64,000 nt of DNA from Marispirochaeta sp. (GCA_963676835.2 CAXXFF010000004.1:96001-160000); one strand, 5' to 3'. Shown: positions 20,848-30,551, counted from the stretch's first letter. Translations and numbers: made by a program. Notes: generated from the sequence alone by a model not told the origin.

Positions 20848-22141
20848 CAGCGGCTCCCCGCCGGTAGGGACTTAAGAGCCCTCCGGTTTTTCCGGAAACC
20901 ATGGCATCCAGAAGGATCCCCTCCTCTTCATAATCCTCGCGGAAGACCTTTCCCGTACGATGGGCAAGGGCAACCAGATCGTGCCGGTCTGAAGGCAGAA
21001 GAAAGAGCTGCCGCCTTTTATCGGCATACAGCATTTTTTCAAGTGCCTGAGGCAGGGTGTCGAGGCCCGCGCCGCTGTGAACAGAAAACATAACAGCATC
21101 GGGATACTGGAGGCTCAGGGCATTCTGTTCCTCTTCGGGAAGCAGATCTATCTTGTTGAAGCAGGTTAATACCGGTTTTTCACCGGCACCTATCTCCTTG
21201 AGTACCTGCCGGGTAACCCGCATGTGTTCTGCCAGTTCCGGACTGGATGCATCCAGAATATGCAGCAGGAAGTCTGCCAGCACAGTCTCTTCCAGGGTGG
21301 ATTTAAAGGCGTCTACAAGATCATGGGGAAGCTTGCGGATAAAGCCCACCGTATCGGTCAACAGCAGCTCATTTCCCCCTTCAAGCTTGATTCGCCTGGT
21401 GGTGGGATCCAGAGTGGCAAAAAGTTTATCCTCCACCAGGACATCCGCACCGGTAAGGCGTTTCAAAAGGGATGATTTACCCGCATTGGTATAGCCCACA
21501 ATGGCCGCGGTTGGAACAGGAATAGCCTCACGCTGTTTGCGCATGGTATTTCTGTTACGCCGGACATGGGCGAGTTCCTCTTTCATTCGGGCAATCTTGC
21601 GCAGCACAATACGCCGGTCAACTTCAAGCTGGGTTTCACCCTCACCTCGGGTACCGCGGCTTCCGCCCCGCTGCCGGCTCAGGTGGGTCCAGGCCCGGGT
21701 AAGCCGGGGCAAAGAGTACTCCATCCGCGCAAGCCCCACCTGGAGAACCGCTTCTCTGGTGGATGCCCGGGATGCAAAAATATCGAGAATTACTTCGTGA
21801 CGATCGATTACACAACGGTCGGCAAGAGCCTCCCAGTTACGCTGCTGACTGGGGGAGAGATCCTGATCAAAGATAATGCAGTCCACCTCCAGCTCTTCCG
21901 CCAGTTCGGCGATTTCTGCTGCTTTACCGGTGCCGAAGAAATAGCGGGATTTTGGAGACTTCACCGGAGCAGTTACGCCGTCGACAACACCGAGCCCCAT
22001 GGTATCCACAAGACTGGTCAGCTCCTCCATCTCTCTGAGACACTCTTCATCCTTCTGCCCCGGCATGCGGGGAACTACCAGAAGAGCCGTCTGGGCATAG
22101 GTAGAGAGGATGCCTTCGGCGTCGTGCTGGGATGTATTCAT
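20834..22141 (-). CDS. hflX: Ribosome-splitting GTPase HflX
   Basis: LSPSQQRN, YSLPRL, GTRGEGETQLE, VGYTNAGKS, LFATLDPT, DTVGF, NKID. Confidence 0.96.
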   Translation of the reverse strand: MNTSQHDAEGILSTYAQTALLVVPRMPGQKDEECLREMEELTSLVDTMGLGVVDGVTAPVKSPKSRYFFGTGKAAEIAELAEELEVDCIIFDQDLSPSQQRNWEALADRCVIDRHEVILDIFASRASTREAVLQVGLARMEYSLPRLTRAWTHLSRQRGGSRGTRGEGETQLEVDRRIVLRKIARMKEELAHVRRNRNTMRKQREAIPVPTAAIVGYTNAGKSSLLKRLTGADVLVEDKLFATLDPTTRRIKLEGGNELLLTDTVGFIRKLPHDLVDAFKSTLEETVLADFLLHILDASSPELAEHMRVTRQVLKEIGAGEKPVLTCFNKIDLLPEEEQNALSLQYPDAVMFSVHSGAGLDTLPQALEKMLYADKRRQLFLLPSDRHDLVALAHRTGKVFREDYEEEGILLDAMVSGKTGGLLSPYRRGAADGRL

Positions 22142-22152
22142 GTTCTGACTGC

Positions 22153-22593
22153 CTAAAGTCCCTGGAGAACCCTGGAGAACCGTTCAAGAACCTTTTTCCG
22201 GTCCAGGGGTTTAACAATATAGTTTTTGGCCCCTAACATAAATGACTTCTTTACCAGATCCTGCTTTCCCAGGGCGCTGACCATAATAATCCGTGCCTCG
22301 GAATCGAAGGCAATTATCTTTTCGAGGGCGGTAATACCGTCCATAACCGGCATGGTTATATCCAGGGTAACAATATCGATACCGGGATGATTTTCCTGAT
22401 AGAGCTCAAGGGCCTCTTTGCCATTGGCCGCGGTTGCAACCACTTCAAAACCTTCGGAGGTAAGGATCTGTCCCAGCTGTTTTTTCACAAAAATGGAATC
22501 ATCCACAATCAGAACCCGGTAGGGTTTTCCATTGGGCTTCAGTCCTTCCGGTTCTTTGCTGTTGATTGACGGGAAATCCATTTTGGTTTTCAA
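22153..22593 (-). CDS. cheY: Spirochaete-type chemotaxis response regulator CheY
   Basis: N-terminal extension MKTKMDFPSIN...PYRVLIVDDS, LDITMP, SALG, YIVKP; TTG start with GGAGGA SD. Confidence 0.8.
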   Translation of the reverse strand: MKTKMDFPSINSKEPEGLKPNGKPYRVLIVDDSIFVKKQLGQILTSEGFEVVATAANGKEALELYQENHPGIDIVTLDITMPVMDGITALEKIIAFDSEARIIMVSALGKQDLVKKSFMLGAKNYIVKPLDRKKVLERFSRVLQGL

Positions 22594-22664
22594 TGCCTTT
22601 TCCTCCGGAGCCCTTTGCCCCTGCTGTAGTATTACCTGTGAATTCTATACAGGATTGAAAAAAT

Positions 22665-22709
22665 TTCAAGGGGAGCAGGTTTGACATAAGTGAATCTTCG
22701 CCCTACCAT
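22665..22709 (+). promoter_or_regulatory. Inverted repeat TTGAAA-N3-TTTCAA next to the sigma70-like promoter of the DUF39 operon
   Basis: Palindrome 22665-22679; TTGACA (22681-22686), 17 nt, TACCAT (22704-22709). Confidence 0.5.
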
Positions 22710-22742
22710 AGAGCCCTGACAAAACATGTTGAGGGATACCGG

Positions 22743-23948
22743 ATGAACGAGATCAAAAGTCTGGACGATATCAATAAACGCATCGAATCCGGAAAAGCCG
22801 TCGTAATGACCGCTGAAGAGGTTATCGGATACGTAGAAAAAAAAGGCCTTGAGGATGCTGCCCGCGAAATTGACGTGGTCACCACTGCAACCTTCGGCCC
22901 CATGTGTTCTTCGGGGGTCTTCATCAATTTAGGCCATTCAAAACCGAAAATACGGATTACCCAGGCCTGGATGGACGATGTTGAGGTCTATTCCGGAATC
23001 GCCGCGGTGGATCTCTTTCTCGGCGCAACCCAGCTGCCCCATAATGATCCGGAAAACATGGTATTTCCCGGTGAGTTCCGCTACGGCGGAGGGCATATCA
23101 TTGAAAAGCTTGTCCGGGGAGATTCGGTCCGTCTCAATGCACGGTCGTACGGAACTCAGGACTACCCCCGCAAAGAGGTGAGCACCGAAATCCGCCTTTC
23201 CGACATGAATCAGGCCATAATGACCAATCCCCGCAACTGCTATCAGAACTACAATGCAGCGGTCAACTCCTCGGGTAGTACAGTCTATACCTATCTGGGC
23301 GCCCTGAAACCGAATTACGGTTCCATCGGCTACTCCTCTGCCGGTCAGCTCAGCCCGCTTTTGAATGACCCATGGTACCGTTCCATCGGTATCGGCACAA
23401 AGGTCTGGCTGGCAGGCGCTCCCGGAATTGTATACGCCCCGGGAACCCAGCACAGCCCCGATTCGGACAGAGGTGAAAACGAAGTGCCCATAGACGGAGC
23501 CGGAACCCTCGGTCTTTCCGCCGACCTCAAACTGATGGACCCCGAGTTTGTCCGGGGAGTCTCAATAAAGGGCTACGGGGTATCCCTTGCCCTGGGTGTG
23601 GGAATTCCCATTCCTATTACAAGCCTGGAAGCTCTTAAACAGTGTACGGTTAAAGATGAGGAAATTTTTGCCCCCGTAGTGGATTATTCCAGCGACTATC
23701 CCCAGGCTACCGGTAAGGTTCTTGCCCATGTAAGCTATGCGGACCTCCGCAGAGGCAGTATCCGGCTCTTCGATAAAGAAGTGGAAACAGGAAGCCTATC
23801 CTCCTACAACAAGGCGAGAAAAGTCGCCCATCTGCTGGCGGATCAGGTACGCAGCGGAGGTTTCACTATAAATAGACCTGTAATGCCCCTGCCTGCAAAG
23901 GGTTCAAGTTCCCCGATGAAACTCAATCCATCCCGGGAGGGAAAATAA
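22743..23948 (+). CDS. Homocysteine biosynthesis protein (DUF39 / L-aspartate semialdehyde sulfurtransferase family), no CBS domains
   Basis: INKRIESGKAVVMTAEE, DVVTTATFGPMCSSG, YGGGHIIE, NPRNCYQNY, SSAGQLSPLLNDP, IGIGT, GVGIPIP. Confidence 0.88.
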   Translation: MNEIKSLDDINKRIESGKAVVMTAEEVIGYVEKKGLEDAAREIDVVTTATFGPMCSSGVFINLGHSKPKIRITQAWMDDVEVYSGIAAVDLFLGATQLPHNDPENMVFPGEFRYGGGHIIEKLVRGDSVRLNARSYGTQDYPRKEVSTEIRLSDMNQAIMTNPRNCYQNYNAAVNSSGSTVYTYLGALKPNYGSIGYSSAGQLSPLLNDPWYRSIGIGTKVWLAGAPGIVYAPGTQHSPDSDRGENEVPIDGAGTLGLSADLKLMDPEFVRGVSIKGYGVSLALGVGIPIPITSLEALKQCTVKDEEIFAPVVDYSSDYPQATGKVLAHVSYADLRRGSIRLFDKEVETGSLSSYNKARKVAHLLADQVRSGGFTINRPVMPLPAKGSSSPMKLNPSREGK

Positions 23949-23950
23949 TA

Positions 23951-24355
23951 ATGACAAAAAGACTGCTGCTTTTTTTCCCTCAATGTGAAACGGAAAAGCC
24001 GATTGTATATCATCTGGTCAAGGATCACGACCTGGAGATCAATATCTTCAGGGCCAAGGTGACTCCCGACGAGGAAGGCTATCTCATTTTGGACCTGACC
24101 GGATCGGAAGAGAATATTAACAAAGGCATAAGCTGGACCCGCAGCCTGGGCATTGAGGTCAGAGAACACCAGAGAGGCCTCCGCTGGGATGAAGAGCTGT
24201 GCACCTCCTGCGGAAACTGCGTTCCCCATTGTCCCACCGGGGCGCTCCATTTTGAGGGAGACGACCGGCATATGGTTTTTGAGGATGCCAAATGCGTGGA
24301 GTGCCTCAGCTGCATTCCCAACTGCCCCTACGGCGCCTGCAGTTCCATAATCTGA
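23951..24355 (+). CDS. NIL domain plus 2x[4Fe-4S] ferredoxin
   Basis: KPIVYHLVKDHDLEINIFRAKV (NIL); CTSCGNCVPHCP and CVECLSCIPNCP. Confidence 0.9.
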   Translation: MTKRLLLFFPQCETEKPIVYHLVKDHDLEINIFRAKVTPDEEGYLILDLTGSEENINKGISWTRSLGIEVREHQRGLRWDEELCTSCGNCVPHCPTGALHFEGDDRHMVFEDAKCVECLSCIPNCPYGACSSII

Positions 24356-24359
24356 CATA

Positions 24360-25109
24360 TTGCCGCCGATGCGCCGCTTTGCCGAGTTCCGCCATAAAGA
24401 GGCGGTTTTCCAGGTAGCCACCAGCCGACTCGATGCGGTCCGCAGTGAAATCCGCCAGGTTCGGAAAGAGCTGGCAGGCTATATACAAAGCTGTCCGGAA
24501 TTCAAATCATCCCTTGTGCCGTTGGACACCCTTCCCGGCAAGCCGCCGGAAGCGGCTCTCCGCATGCATAGAGCCTCCAGGCTTACCGGTGTCGGTCCCA
24601 TGGCCGCTGTAGCGGGTACGGTGGCCATGCTGGCCGCAGAAGCTGCCCGTAACGCCGGATGCCGGGATACGGTAATAAATAACGGGGGAGACCTGTTTCT
24701 GCACCTTGCAGAAGAAGCAGTGGTTGGAATCTACGGGGGAAACCATGCTTTGGCAGGAAAGGCTGCGTTCAGGATTCTGCCGGAAACAACTCCTCTGGCA
24801 ATCTGCTCGTCATCCTCTAAAATGGGGCATTCCGACTCCTTCGGCGGATGTGATCTTGCAACAGTCTGTTCCCCTGACGGATCCCTTGCTGACGCTGCGG
24901 CCACCCTGGCGGGGAACATGAGCAGAGACCGTGAGAGTGCTGCAGCTGCGGCAGAATTTATTGCTGCTATTCCCGGAATAAACGGCGTTCTTATTCTTAC
25001 CGGCAATGATGTTGCCAGAGCAGGTATCCTGCCGCCGCTTATTACAGTACAAGGGGATTCAGTAAAAAAATCTATCCTGTATCATCCGGACTTTCCAGGG
25101 AGAGATTAA
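24360..25109 (+). CDS. UPF0280 family ApbE-like protein (COG2122); start may be ATG 24369
   Basis: GVGPMAAVAG, NNGGD, ICSSS...GHSDSFG, ADAAATLAGN. Confidence 0.87.
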   Translation: MPPMRRFAEFRHKEAVFQVATSRLDAVRSEIRQVRKELAGYIQSCPEFKSSLVPLDTLPGKPPEAALRMHRASRLTGVGPMAAVAGTVAMLAAEAARNAGCRDTVINNGGDLFLHLAEEAVVGIYGGNHALAGKAAFRILPETTPLAICSSSSKMGHSDSFGGCDLATVCSPDGSLADAAATLAGNMSRDRESAAAAAEFIAAIPGINGVLILTGNDVARAGILPPLITVQGDSVKKSILYHPDFPGRD

Positions 25110-26860
25110 TTTTCAGCCCCGGTCAGGCTGCGTACTTTCTGGAGAAATTCCTGCTCAACAAAGGGCTTTATCAGTACCTCGTCAATGCCCAGGGCACGCA
25201 TTCTCTTTTCTTCCATATCGAAAGAGTAGCCTGTCACCGCCAGAATCGGGATATTGCGGATCCTGCTGTTCTTATGGGTTCGAATACGTTCTGCGCAGGT
25301 AAATCCATCCATTACAGGCATCTGCATATCCAGAATCAGAAGATCCGGAGTGGATTGTTCAACCAGACCCAGTGCTTCCTCTCCGTTTTCTGCGGCGAGC
25401 ACATAAAACCCCTCACCCTGCAGCAGAAACTCCAGGTGAATTCGACTGATACCGCTGTCATCGGCAATACAGACACTTAAGCCTTTATGTGCGATTTTCT
25501 CAGCCTCCGGAGGACTGTTCCCGGTGATGAACTCTACAGCCGGAGCCTTGAAAGAGAGGCTGAACTCTGCGCCATCGCCCTCGGGTCGGGCAAACTGGAT
25601 TTCTGCAGAAAGAAGGTTACTCAGCTCCCGGGCAACGGCAAGGCCCAGCCCCGCTCCCTGGTAGGTTTTATTGTAACCGTTATCCACCTGGTAGTAGGGA
25701 TCAAAAATATGTTCCTCTTTACCTTCAGGCACACCCGGGCCGTAATCCCGGATGCTGATCCGTATAGTGCAAGTTCCATCGCCTTCAAGCCCGGACACTG
25801 CAGTGAGCAGAATATCGCCATAGGAGAACTTGGCCGCGTTTTCCAGCAGATTATTGACAATCTGGGAGATGGCAGCAGAATCGGACAGGACTGATCTGCA
25901 GGAAAGCTCACTTAAATCGAGGGTAACCTCCGGCCGGTGTTTATCCATGCTTTTATTGGTTCGCGCCGCACAGGCACGGATAAGCTGCTCTATATCGCAA
26001 GGCTGCCGGTGCCGGGGATAATTTCCCTCTTCCAGTCTGTTGTGGATGAGAATATTGGAAAGCATGGAATTCAGGGAGAAAGAGCTGCTTTCCAGAAGTT
26101 CCAGAATATGCTGCTGTTTTTTATTGAATTTTGTTTCCCGCAGCAGTGATGCAGCGCTGATAATACCGTTCAGTGGAGTACGGATCTCATGAGAAATATT
26201 AGCGAAGAATTTCTTCTGCACATTCAGGGAGCTGGAAAGGCGATTCACCAGTTGATGACGTTCATCAAGGATTCGATGCAGACGATTGCCGGTATGAAAA
26301 ACCGAATAGGCGATAATAAATGCGCACACCACATACACACCGATGCCCCAAAGCACGTATACAGGTACTTTTACTCTTGATATGTGCATTATGCTGTGAA
26401 CAGTAAATACTCCCAGCAAAATTAGAAGCCTTAACAGGTACGCACCCTGCCTTTCAGCAAAATTACCCAGCAGCATAACTCCCACAAGGCAATGCAAAGC
26501 GGCGATTTCATAAACAGGGACGTCCATAAGATTCAGGTCGAGAAACTCCAGGAGAAAGTACCCGACCTGCATAAGGGGAACAACGAGATAAACCAGCAGT
26601 GCCATTGCCTGCCGCACTCTGCCTCGGAGGACCAATACAAAGAAGATAATATCCGTTGTTAAGAGAAAAATATGCTGCAGAAGGAAATGCCAGGTACTGT
26701 TAACATAGCTGACACTGATCAGATAGGCCAGAACAGGTGCAAGAAAGAGAAGAAACGCAATAAAAATTTTGCTGAGCAGCATATAGCGGCTGGACTCGAC
26801 CCTGATACGGCCTTCAAGCCAGCGGTTAAATCTAAAAAACCCGCTTCTCTTCTCTCCCAT
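25106..26860 (-). CDS. Membrane hybrid sensor histidine kinase / response regulator
   Basis: About 6 TM segments; H-box SHEIRTPLNG, N-box NLLENAAKF, G1 DYGPG, G2 GAGLGL; receiver ADD...LDMQMP...KP. Confidence 0.93.
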   Translation of the reverse strand: MGEKRSGFFRFNRWLEGRIRVESSRYMLLSKIFIAFLLFLAPVLAYLISVSYVNSTWHFLLQHIFLLTTDIIFFVLVLRGRVRQAMALLVYLVVPLMQVGYFLLEFLDLNLMDVPVYEIAALHCLVGVMLLGNFAERQGAYLLRLLILLGVFTVHSIMHISRVKVPVYVLWGIGVYVVCAFIIAYSVFHTGNRLHRILDERHQLVNRLSSSLNVQKKFFANISHEIRTPLNGIISAASLLRETKFNKKQQHILELLESSSFSLNSMLSNILIHNRLEEGNYPRHRQPCDIEQLIRACAARTNKSMDKHRPEVTLDLSELSCRSVLSDSAAISQIVNNLLENAAKFSYGDILLTAVSGLEGDGTCTIRISIRDYGPGVPEGKEEHIFDPYYQVDNGYNKTYQGAGLGLAVARELSNLLSAEIQFARPEGDGAEFSLSFKAPAVEFITGNSPPEAEKIAHKGLSVCIADDSGISRIHLEFLLQGEGFYVLAAENGEEALGLVEQSTPDLLILDMQMPVMDGFTCAERIRTHKNSRIRNIPILAVTGYSFDMEEKRMRALGIDEVLIKPFVEQEFLQKVRSLTGAEN

Positions 26861-26869
26861 ACTGGTAGA

Positions 26870-26898
26870 ACTATAGGTTGCTCCGTAGCTCAGGTCAA
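26870..26898 (-). promoter_or_regulatory. Sigma70-like promoter with a very short or absent leader
   Basis: Minus strand: TTGACC, 17 nt, TATAGT, 9 nt, ATG 26860; no SD. Confidence 0.6.
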
Positions 26899-26901
26899 TA
26901 G

Positions 26902-26943
26902 AAAAAGGCCGGTGCTCCCTGCTTAAAAAACGGAAGACCGGCC
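26902..26943 (-). terminator. Probable intrinsic terminator after the YccA/BI-1 gene
   Basis: GGCCGGT...ACCGGCC stem followed on the minus strand by TTTTT; inner stem imperfect. Confidence 0.5.
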
Positions 26944-26971
26944 CTGCTGTTTCAGGTAAAAACGGCTGAAA

Positions 26972-27670
26972 TCAGTTTCTGCGGCCGAAAAGCCTTAAAA
27001 CCATAAGAAAGAGGTTGATAAAATCCAGATAAAGCTTCAGCGCGCCCATTATGGAAAGCTTGATATAGTCTGCTTCCGCAATATTCGGGCCCATCTGGCG
27101 GTTCCAGCTTTTAATCATCTGGGTATCGTAGGCGGTAAGGCCGAGGAACAGCACAACACCAACCAGGGAAATCATGAACGAGAATGAATCGGACCGGAAA
27201 AACATCTTTGCCAGAGATGCAATGATAATTCCGATAAGCCCCATAAACAGGTAGTTGCCGATACCGGAAAGGTCCCTGCGGGTAACGGTAGCCCAGAAAC
27301 TCATGGCAGCAAAGGTACCGCCGGCTACAAAAAAGGCCTGAGCGATGCTCTGCCCGGTATATGCAAGAAAGATAACCGAAAGGGTAAGACCGTTAAGTGC
27401 GGCATAAGCGGCAAAGCCGAGGGTTGCCGCGGTGGCGCTCATGCGCATGAGTCTTGCGGAAAGAAACATTACCAGTGCAAACTCACCGATAATTGCACCG
27501 AAAAAAAGCAGCCGGTTCTGAACAAAGCTGATAATCAGGTAGGGATTGGAAGCCATACCCAGACTGATAACTCCCGTAAGGGCCAGCCCGAGGGTCATCC
27601 AGGTATAGACATTTCTTAAAATGCTGCGTTCTCTCACAGCACTGTTCTGTAATATTTCAGCACGGGTCAT
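26972..27670 (-). CDS. Bax inhibitor-1 / YccA (YbhL-like) membrane protein
   Basis: VYTWMTLGLALT, YAALNGLTLS, LTAYDTQMIK, GALKLYLDFINLF. Confidence 0.93.
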   Translation of the reverse strand: MTRAEILQNSAVRERSILRNVYTWMTLGLALTGVISLGMASNPYLIISFVQNRLLFFGAIIGEFALVMFLSARLMRMSATAATLGFAAYAALNGLTLSVIFLAYTGQSIAQAFFVAGGTFAAMSFWATVTRRDLSGIGNYLFMGLIGIIIASLAKMFFRSDSFSFMISLVGVVLFLGLTAYDTQMIKSWNRQMGPNIAEADYIKLSIMGALKLYLDFINLFLMVLRLFGRRN

Positions 27671-27753
27671 AATTTTCTCCTCTATTACCGTTAACTTACT
27701 ACAAGGTTATGAAAAAAGTGTGAATGGTCAAGCACTAATAGTATACTGCCCTA

Positions 27754-28503
27754 TCAGACTTTGACTGCCATGCGGCCGGTATAATCAAGCCTGGAAAAGA
27801 GTGGAGTCTCCACATCCGGCCGGGCAAAATACTCATCCACCGCCCGGCGGGCACCTTCAAAATGGCCGTAATCATCAATAATCAGCACTCCCCCGGGGAC
27901 AAGCCGGGGATAGAGCAGCTCCAGCTCGACACAGGTGGAAGCGTACCAGTCGGTGTCCAGTCGCAGAAGAGAAATTGATTCAGGCAGTTCCTGCTGCAAC
28001 GTAACAGCCACATCCCCCTCAACAGCCCGGATACGGTTTTGAGGGTAATCCAGGGGCTTCAGGTTATCAAGAACCGTTTCCCGGGAAACTGCCCAGTGGT
28101 CAAAACTGTTGTTTTCCCATTTATCTTTTACGGAACTGCCGTTCCAGGCGATGATATCCTCAACTCCGGGTTCAGGCATTCCGGCAAAGGTGTCATAGAG
28201 CCAGATGCTTCGACTATCGACATTCAGCTGCTGCAGGGTACGGATCATAAGCATGCAGCTGCCCCCTTTCCAGACACCGCACTCTACAAAATCGCCTTTT
28301 ATACCCCGGTCCTGAAGGTAGTTAACCGCTGTATAGAGTCCGTATCCCCGCTCCATACTGGTCATGGTAAAAGAGGAGACCTCTTCCCAGATAGTACGAA
28401 ACTGATCTTCCATATCAATACGGTACTGATCGTTGGGAATTACACCGTAGCCTTCGCCTTCCAGAACTGCGGAGAGTTCCTTGCGTTTTTCGTAGGGAAT
28501 CAT
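27754..28503 (-). CDS. TylF/MycF/NovP family O-methyltransferase
   Basis: GDFVECGVWKGGS, YDTFAGMP, LLRLDTDWYAST, GGVLIIDDYG; ATGA overlap with ligA. Confidence 0.9.
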   Translation of the reverse strand: MIPYEKRKELSAVLEGEGYGVIPNDQYRIDMEDQFRTIWEEVSSFTMTSMERGYGLYTAVNYLQDRGIKGDFVECGVWKGGSCMLMIRTLQQLNVDSRSIWLYDTFAGMPEPGVEDIIAWNGSSVKDKWENNSFDHWAVSRETVLDNLKPLDYPQNRIRAVEGDVAVTLQQELPESISLLRLDTDWYASTCVELELLYPRLVPGGVLIIDDYGHFEGARRAVDEYFARPDVETPLFSRLDYTGRMAVKV

Positions 28504-30551
28504 GTCTCCTCCAGTATTTTGAGGAATTCAGCTTCGTTAACCACGGTGATTCCGAGCTTTTCTGCTTTGGCAAGCTTGCTCCCGGCCCCTTCTCCTGCCA
28601 GAAGATGGGTAACGCTCCCGGTTATACTTCCCACAGCCCGGCCTCCCCGCTTCTTCACCTCTTCCATGGCAAGACTTCTCGGTTTAAAGGCCTCAAAACT
28701 GCCGGTTACGCACCAGACCTGACCTGCGAAAATCGCCGCTAATCCGTTTTCACCGGACTCTTCCTCTGCTTCGAAATTGAGACCTGCATCGCGCAGGAGG
28801 CTTATCTGGCGGAGATTTTCCGGATCCCTCATGGATTCAAGAATGGAAGCTGCGGTTTTCTCACCCATACCGTGGATTTCTGAAAGCTTCTCCGTCTCTC
28901 CCGCTTCTGCTGCTGCAAGGAGGGAATCGATATTCCCGTAGCCTGCTTCAATAAGCAGCTCCGCAGCCTTCTGTCCCAGGTCAGGGATTCCCAGAGATGC
29001 CAGTACCCGCTGATACGGCCGCGATTTACTTGCTTCAATACCCTTGAGAATAAGAGCGATCTTCTTTTCTCCGAAACCCGGGAGCCCCTCAAGATCTTCC
29101 GCTTTCAGAGTATATAAATCTTCAGCTCCCCGGATTTTCCCTTCCCGGACCAGCACTGCTGCAGTTTCAGAGCCCAGATTGTCGATATCCATCTGATCCC
29201 GGCCGACAAAGAAGTTTATCCGGCCCTGCACCTGATCGGGACACCTGCGGTTCTCGCAGAAAAGGTGCGCACCCCTCTGGTTCAGTACAGAACCGCAGGA
29301 GGGACAGCTTTCCGGCATCTGCCAGACAGGCAGGGAGGTGTCTCCCTTTTCGATAACCCGCTCCACCGCGGGAATAACATCACCCCGTTTTGATACCGCA
29401 ACCTGATCCCCGGGGGCAAGTTCAAGAAGATCGATATACTGCTGATTATGCAGGGTCACATTGGATACAGTGGAGCCTCCGATCAGGACCGGCTCAATCC
29501 TGGCTACCGGGGTTATGCGCCCGGTGCGGCCGACCTGAACATCCACAGCGATCACTGTACTGACAGCTTCCGGGCTGTCGAATTTGTAAGCAATTGCCCA
29601 GCGGGGATGGTGCCCGGTGTATCCCAGACGGTCCCGCACATCGAGCTCATCAACCTTGATTACCAGGCCGTCTATCTCATACCCGAGGTTCTGCCTGAGG
29701 GCGGTCATTGAGTCCACATAAGTCCCGAGATCCTTTAGGGGGCCTGAAACAATATCAAAGCCCTCAAGGGAGATATCACGGTCAGCCCGGGGGCCGAAGA
29801 ATCCCAGTCTGGGATTAACCCGGAAGCCGAGATGCCGGAGAAAGCCAAGCAGCTCATGGTGACCGCTGAAATTCCGTGCGGCTCCTTCAGGGAAAAATCC
29901 TTCATAGATGAAAATATTGAGGGGTACCCCGGCAGCCTCGCTGCTCTTTTTTCGCCTCAAGGTGCCGGCGGCAAGATTTCTGGGATTTGCATAGGGAATT
30001 TCCTGCTCTGCATTGATACGGGAAAAGGCCTCCAGGGGAAGATAGATCTCACCTCTCACCGCAATATCAACAGCTTCGGAAAGCCTTAAGGGTATTGAAG
30101 GAATAGTACGGATATTATGGGTGACATCATTGCCAACAGAGCCGTTTCCCCGGGTAACACCCCGGGTAAGAATACCATTCTCGTAGTAGAGAACAATACT
30201 GGCCCCGTCGATCTTCTCTTCAACAACAATGTCGAGGGATGCATCTATGTTGGCGGAGGTTTTTCCCGCCCAGGATATTACCTCTTCTGCAGTATAGGCT
30301 TTATCAAGGCTTAATACCGGTACGGTATGGGAGACTTCGGGCAGATCCGATGAGAGATCACTCCCCACCCGCAAAGTGGGAGAATCGGGCCTGCGGAACC
30401 GGGGATTCTCTTCTTCAAGGATACGCAGGCGATCGAAAGCCCGGTCGTATTCGGCGTCTGTTGCCGAAGGCCGGGCTTCGATATAGTAGTCATGCTGCCA
30501 GGAGAGCAGCATGTCCGTCAGCTGGTCTATCTCTTTTTGAATATCGGACAT
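28500..30551 (-). CDS. ligA: NAD-dependent DNA ligase
   Basis: EKIDG, TRGNG, ANPRNLAAG, IDGLVIK, PRWAIAYKF, VGRTG, Cys4 zinc finger, HhH repeats, BRCT (GSKLAKA). Confidence 0.97.
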   Translation of the reverse strand: MSDIQKEIDQLTDMLLSWQHDYYIEARPSATDAEYDRAFDRLRILEEENPRFRRPDSPTLRVGSDLSSDLPEVSHTVPVLSLDKAYTAEEVISWAGKTSANIDASLDIVVEEKIDGASIVLYYENGILTRGVTRGNGSVGNDVTHNIRTIPSIPLRLSEAVDIAVRGEIYLPLEAFSRINAEQEIPYANPRNLAAGTLRRKKSSEAAGVPLNIFIYEGFFPEGAARNFSGHHELLGFLRHLGFRVNPRLGFFGPRADRDISLEGFDIVSGPLKDLGTYVDSMTALRQNLGYEIDGLVIKVDELDVRDRLGYTGHHPRWAIAYKFDSPEAVSTVIAVDVQVGRTGRITPVARIEPVLIGGSTVSNVTLHNQQYIDLLELAPGDQVAVSKRGDVIPAVERVIEKGDTSLPVWQMPESCPSCGSVLNQRGAHLFCENRRCPDQVQGRINFFVGRDQMDIDNLGSETAAVLVREGKIRGAEDLYTLKAEDLEGLPGFGEKKIALILKGIEASKSRPYQRVLASLGIPDLGQKAAELLIEAGYGNIDSLLAAAEAGETEKLSEIHGMGEKTAASILESMRDPENLRQISLLRDAGLNFEAEEESGENGLAAIFAGQVWCVTGSFEAFKPRSLAMEEVKKRGGRAVGSITGSVTHLLAGEGAGSKLAKAEKLGITVVNEAEFLKILEET

